Below are positions 64,000 to 64,000 of a DNA stretch of 64,000 nt, one piece after another. Each line of letters starts with the position of its first letter. Within the stretch, counting starts at the first letter, position 1. The notes under the pieces are model-generated. The model worked only from the letters and a program-made list of their open reading frames with translations, did no database searches and was not told where the DNA came from. Position numbers and translations under genes: made by a program. The DNA lies in NCBI GenBank assembly GCA_963778605.1, contig CAVZVF010000001.1:788097-852096 (forward strand). The letters run 5' to 3'. The stretch is from an uncultured Bacteroidales bacterium. GTDB lineage: Bacteria > Bacteroidota > Bacteroidia > Bacteroidales > VadinHA17.

Positions 64000-64000
64000 A

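Noticed and set aside
1-64000. CRISPR array, rRNA, tRNA, integrase or prophage genes
   Set aside because: No regularly spaced direct repeats, cloverleaf or rRNA-like segments, or phage/recombinase ORFs were seen by eye

Overview
Bacteroidota (Bacteroidales-like) chromosomal window. The first ~22 kb is conserved housekeeping DNA: rseC-rnfBCDGEA, recG, a SAM methyltransferase, an ABC ATPase, a PduO-type adenosyltransferase, DUF2795, an OstA-like protein, three SurA/parvulin-type chaperones, guaB, recQ and a DUF1611-enolase-superfamily epimerase pair. From ~22 to 64 kb lies a large accessory glycan-utilisation region: two SusC/SusD pairs, five full-length S1 sulfatases plus two relics (both Cys- and Ser-type), three Tat-exported Gfo/Idh/MocA oxidoreductases, a TIM-barrel isomerase/lyase, GH89, an esterase, an amidohydrolase pair, a beta-helix protein, an FG-GAP protein and a serine-hydrolase/DUF4185 fusion. 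Many core genes are split by 1-bp indels, most likely long-read consensus errors. Several genuine collapsed gene relics also occur. The most unusual signal is non-coding: a family of 3'-intergenic elements (21.9, 48.5 and 62.1 kb) with terminal inverted repeats enclosing three interleaved stems (A-B-A'/C-B'-C'). The B core is conserved in sequence, while the other arms can be replaced wholesale and still pair, and small GC hairpins are nested inside. All calls were made by eye; no database searches were run.
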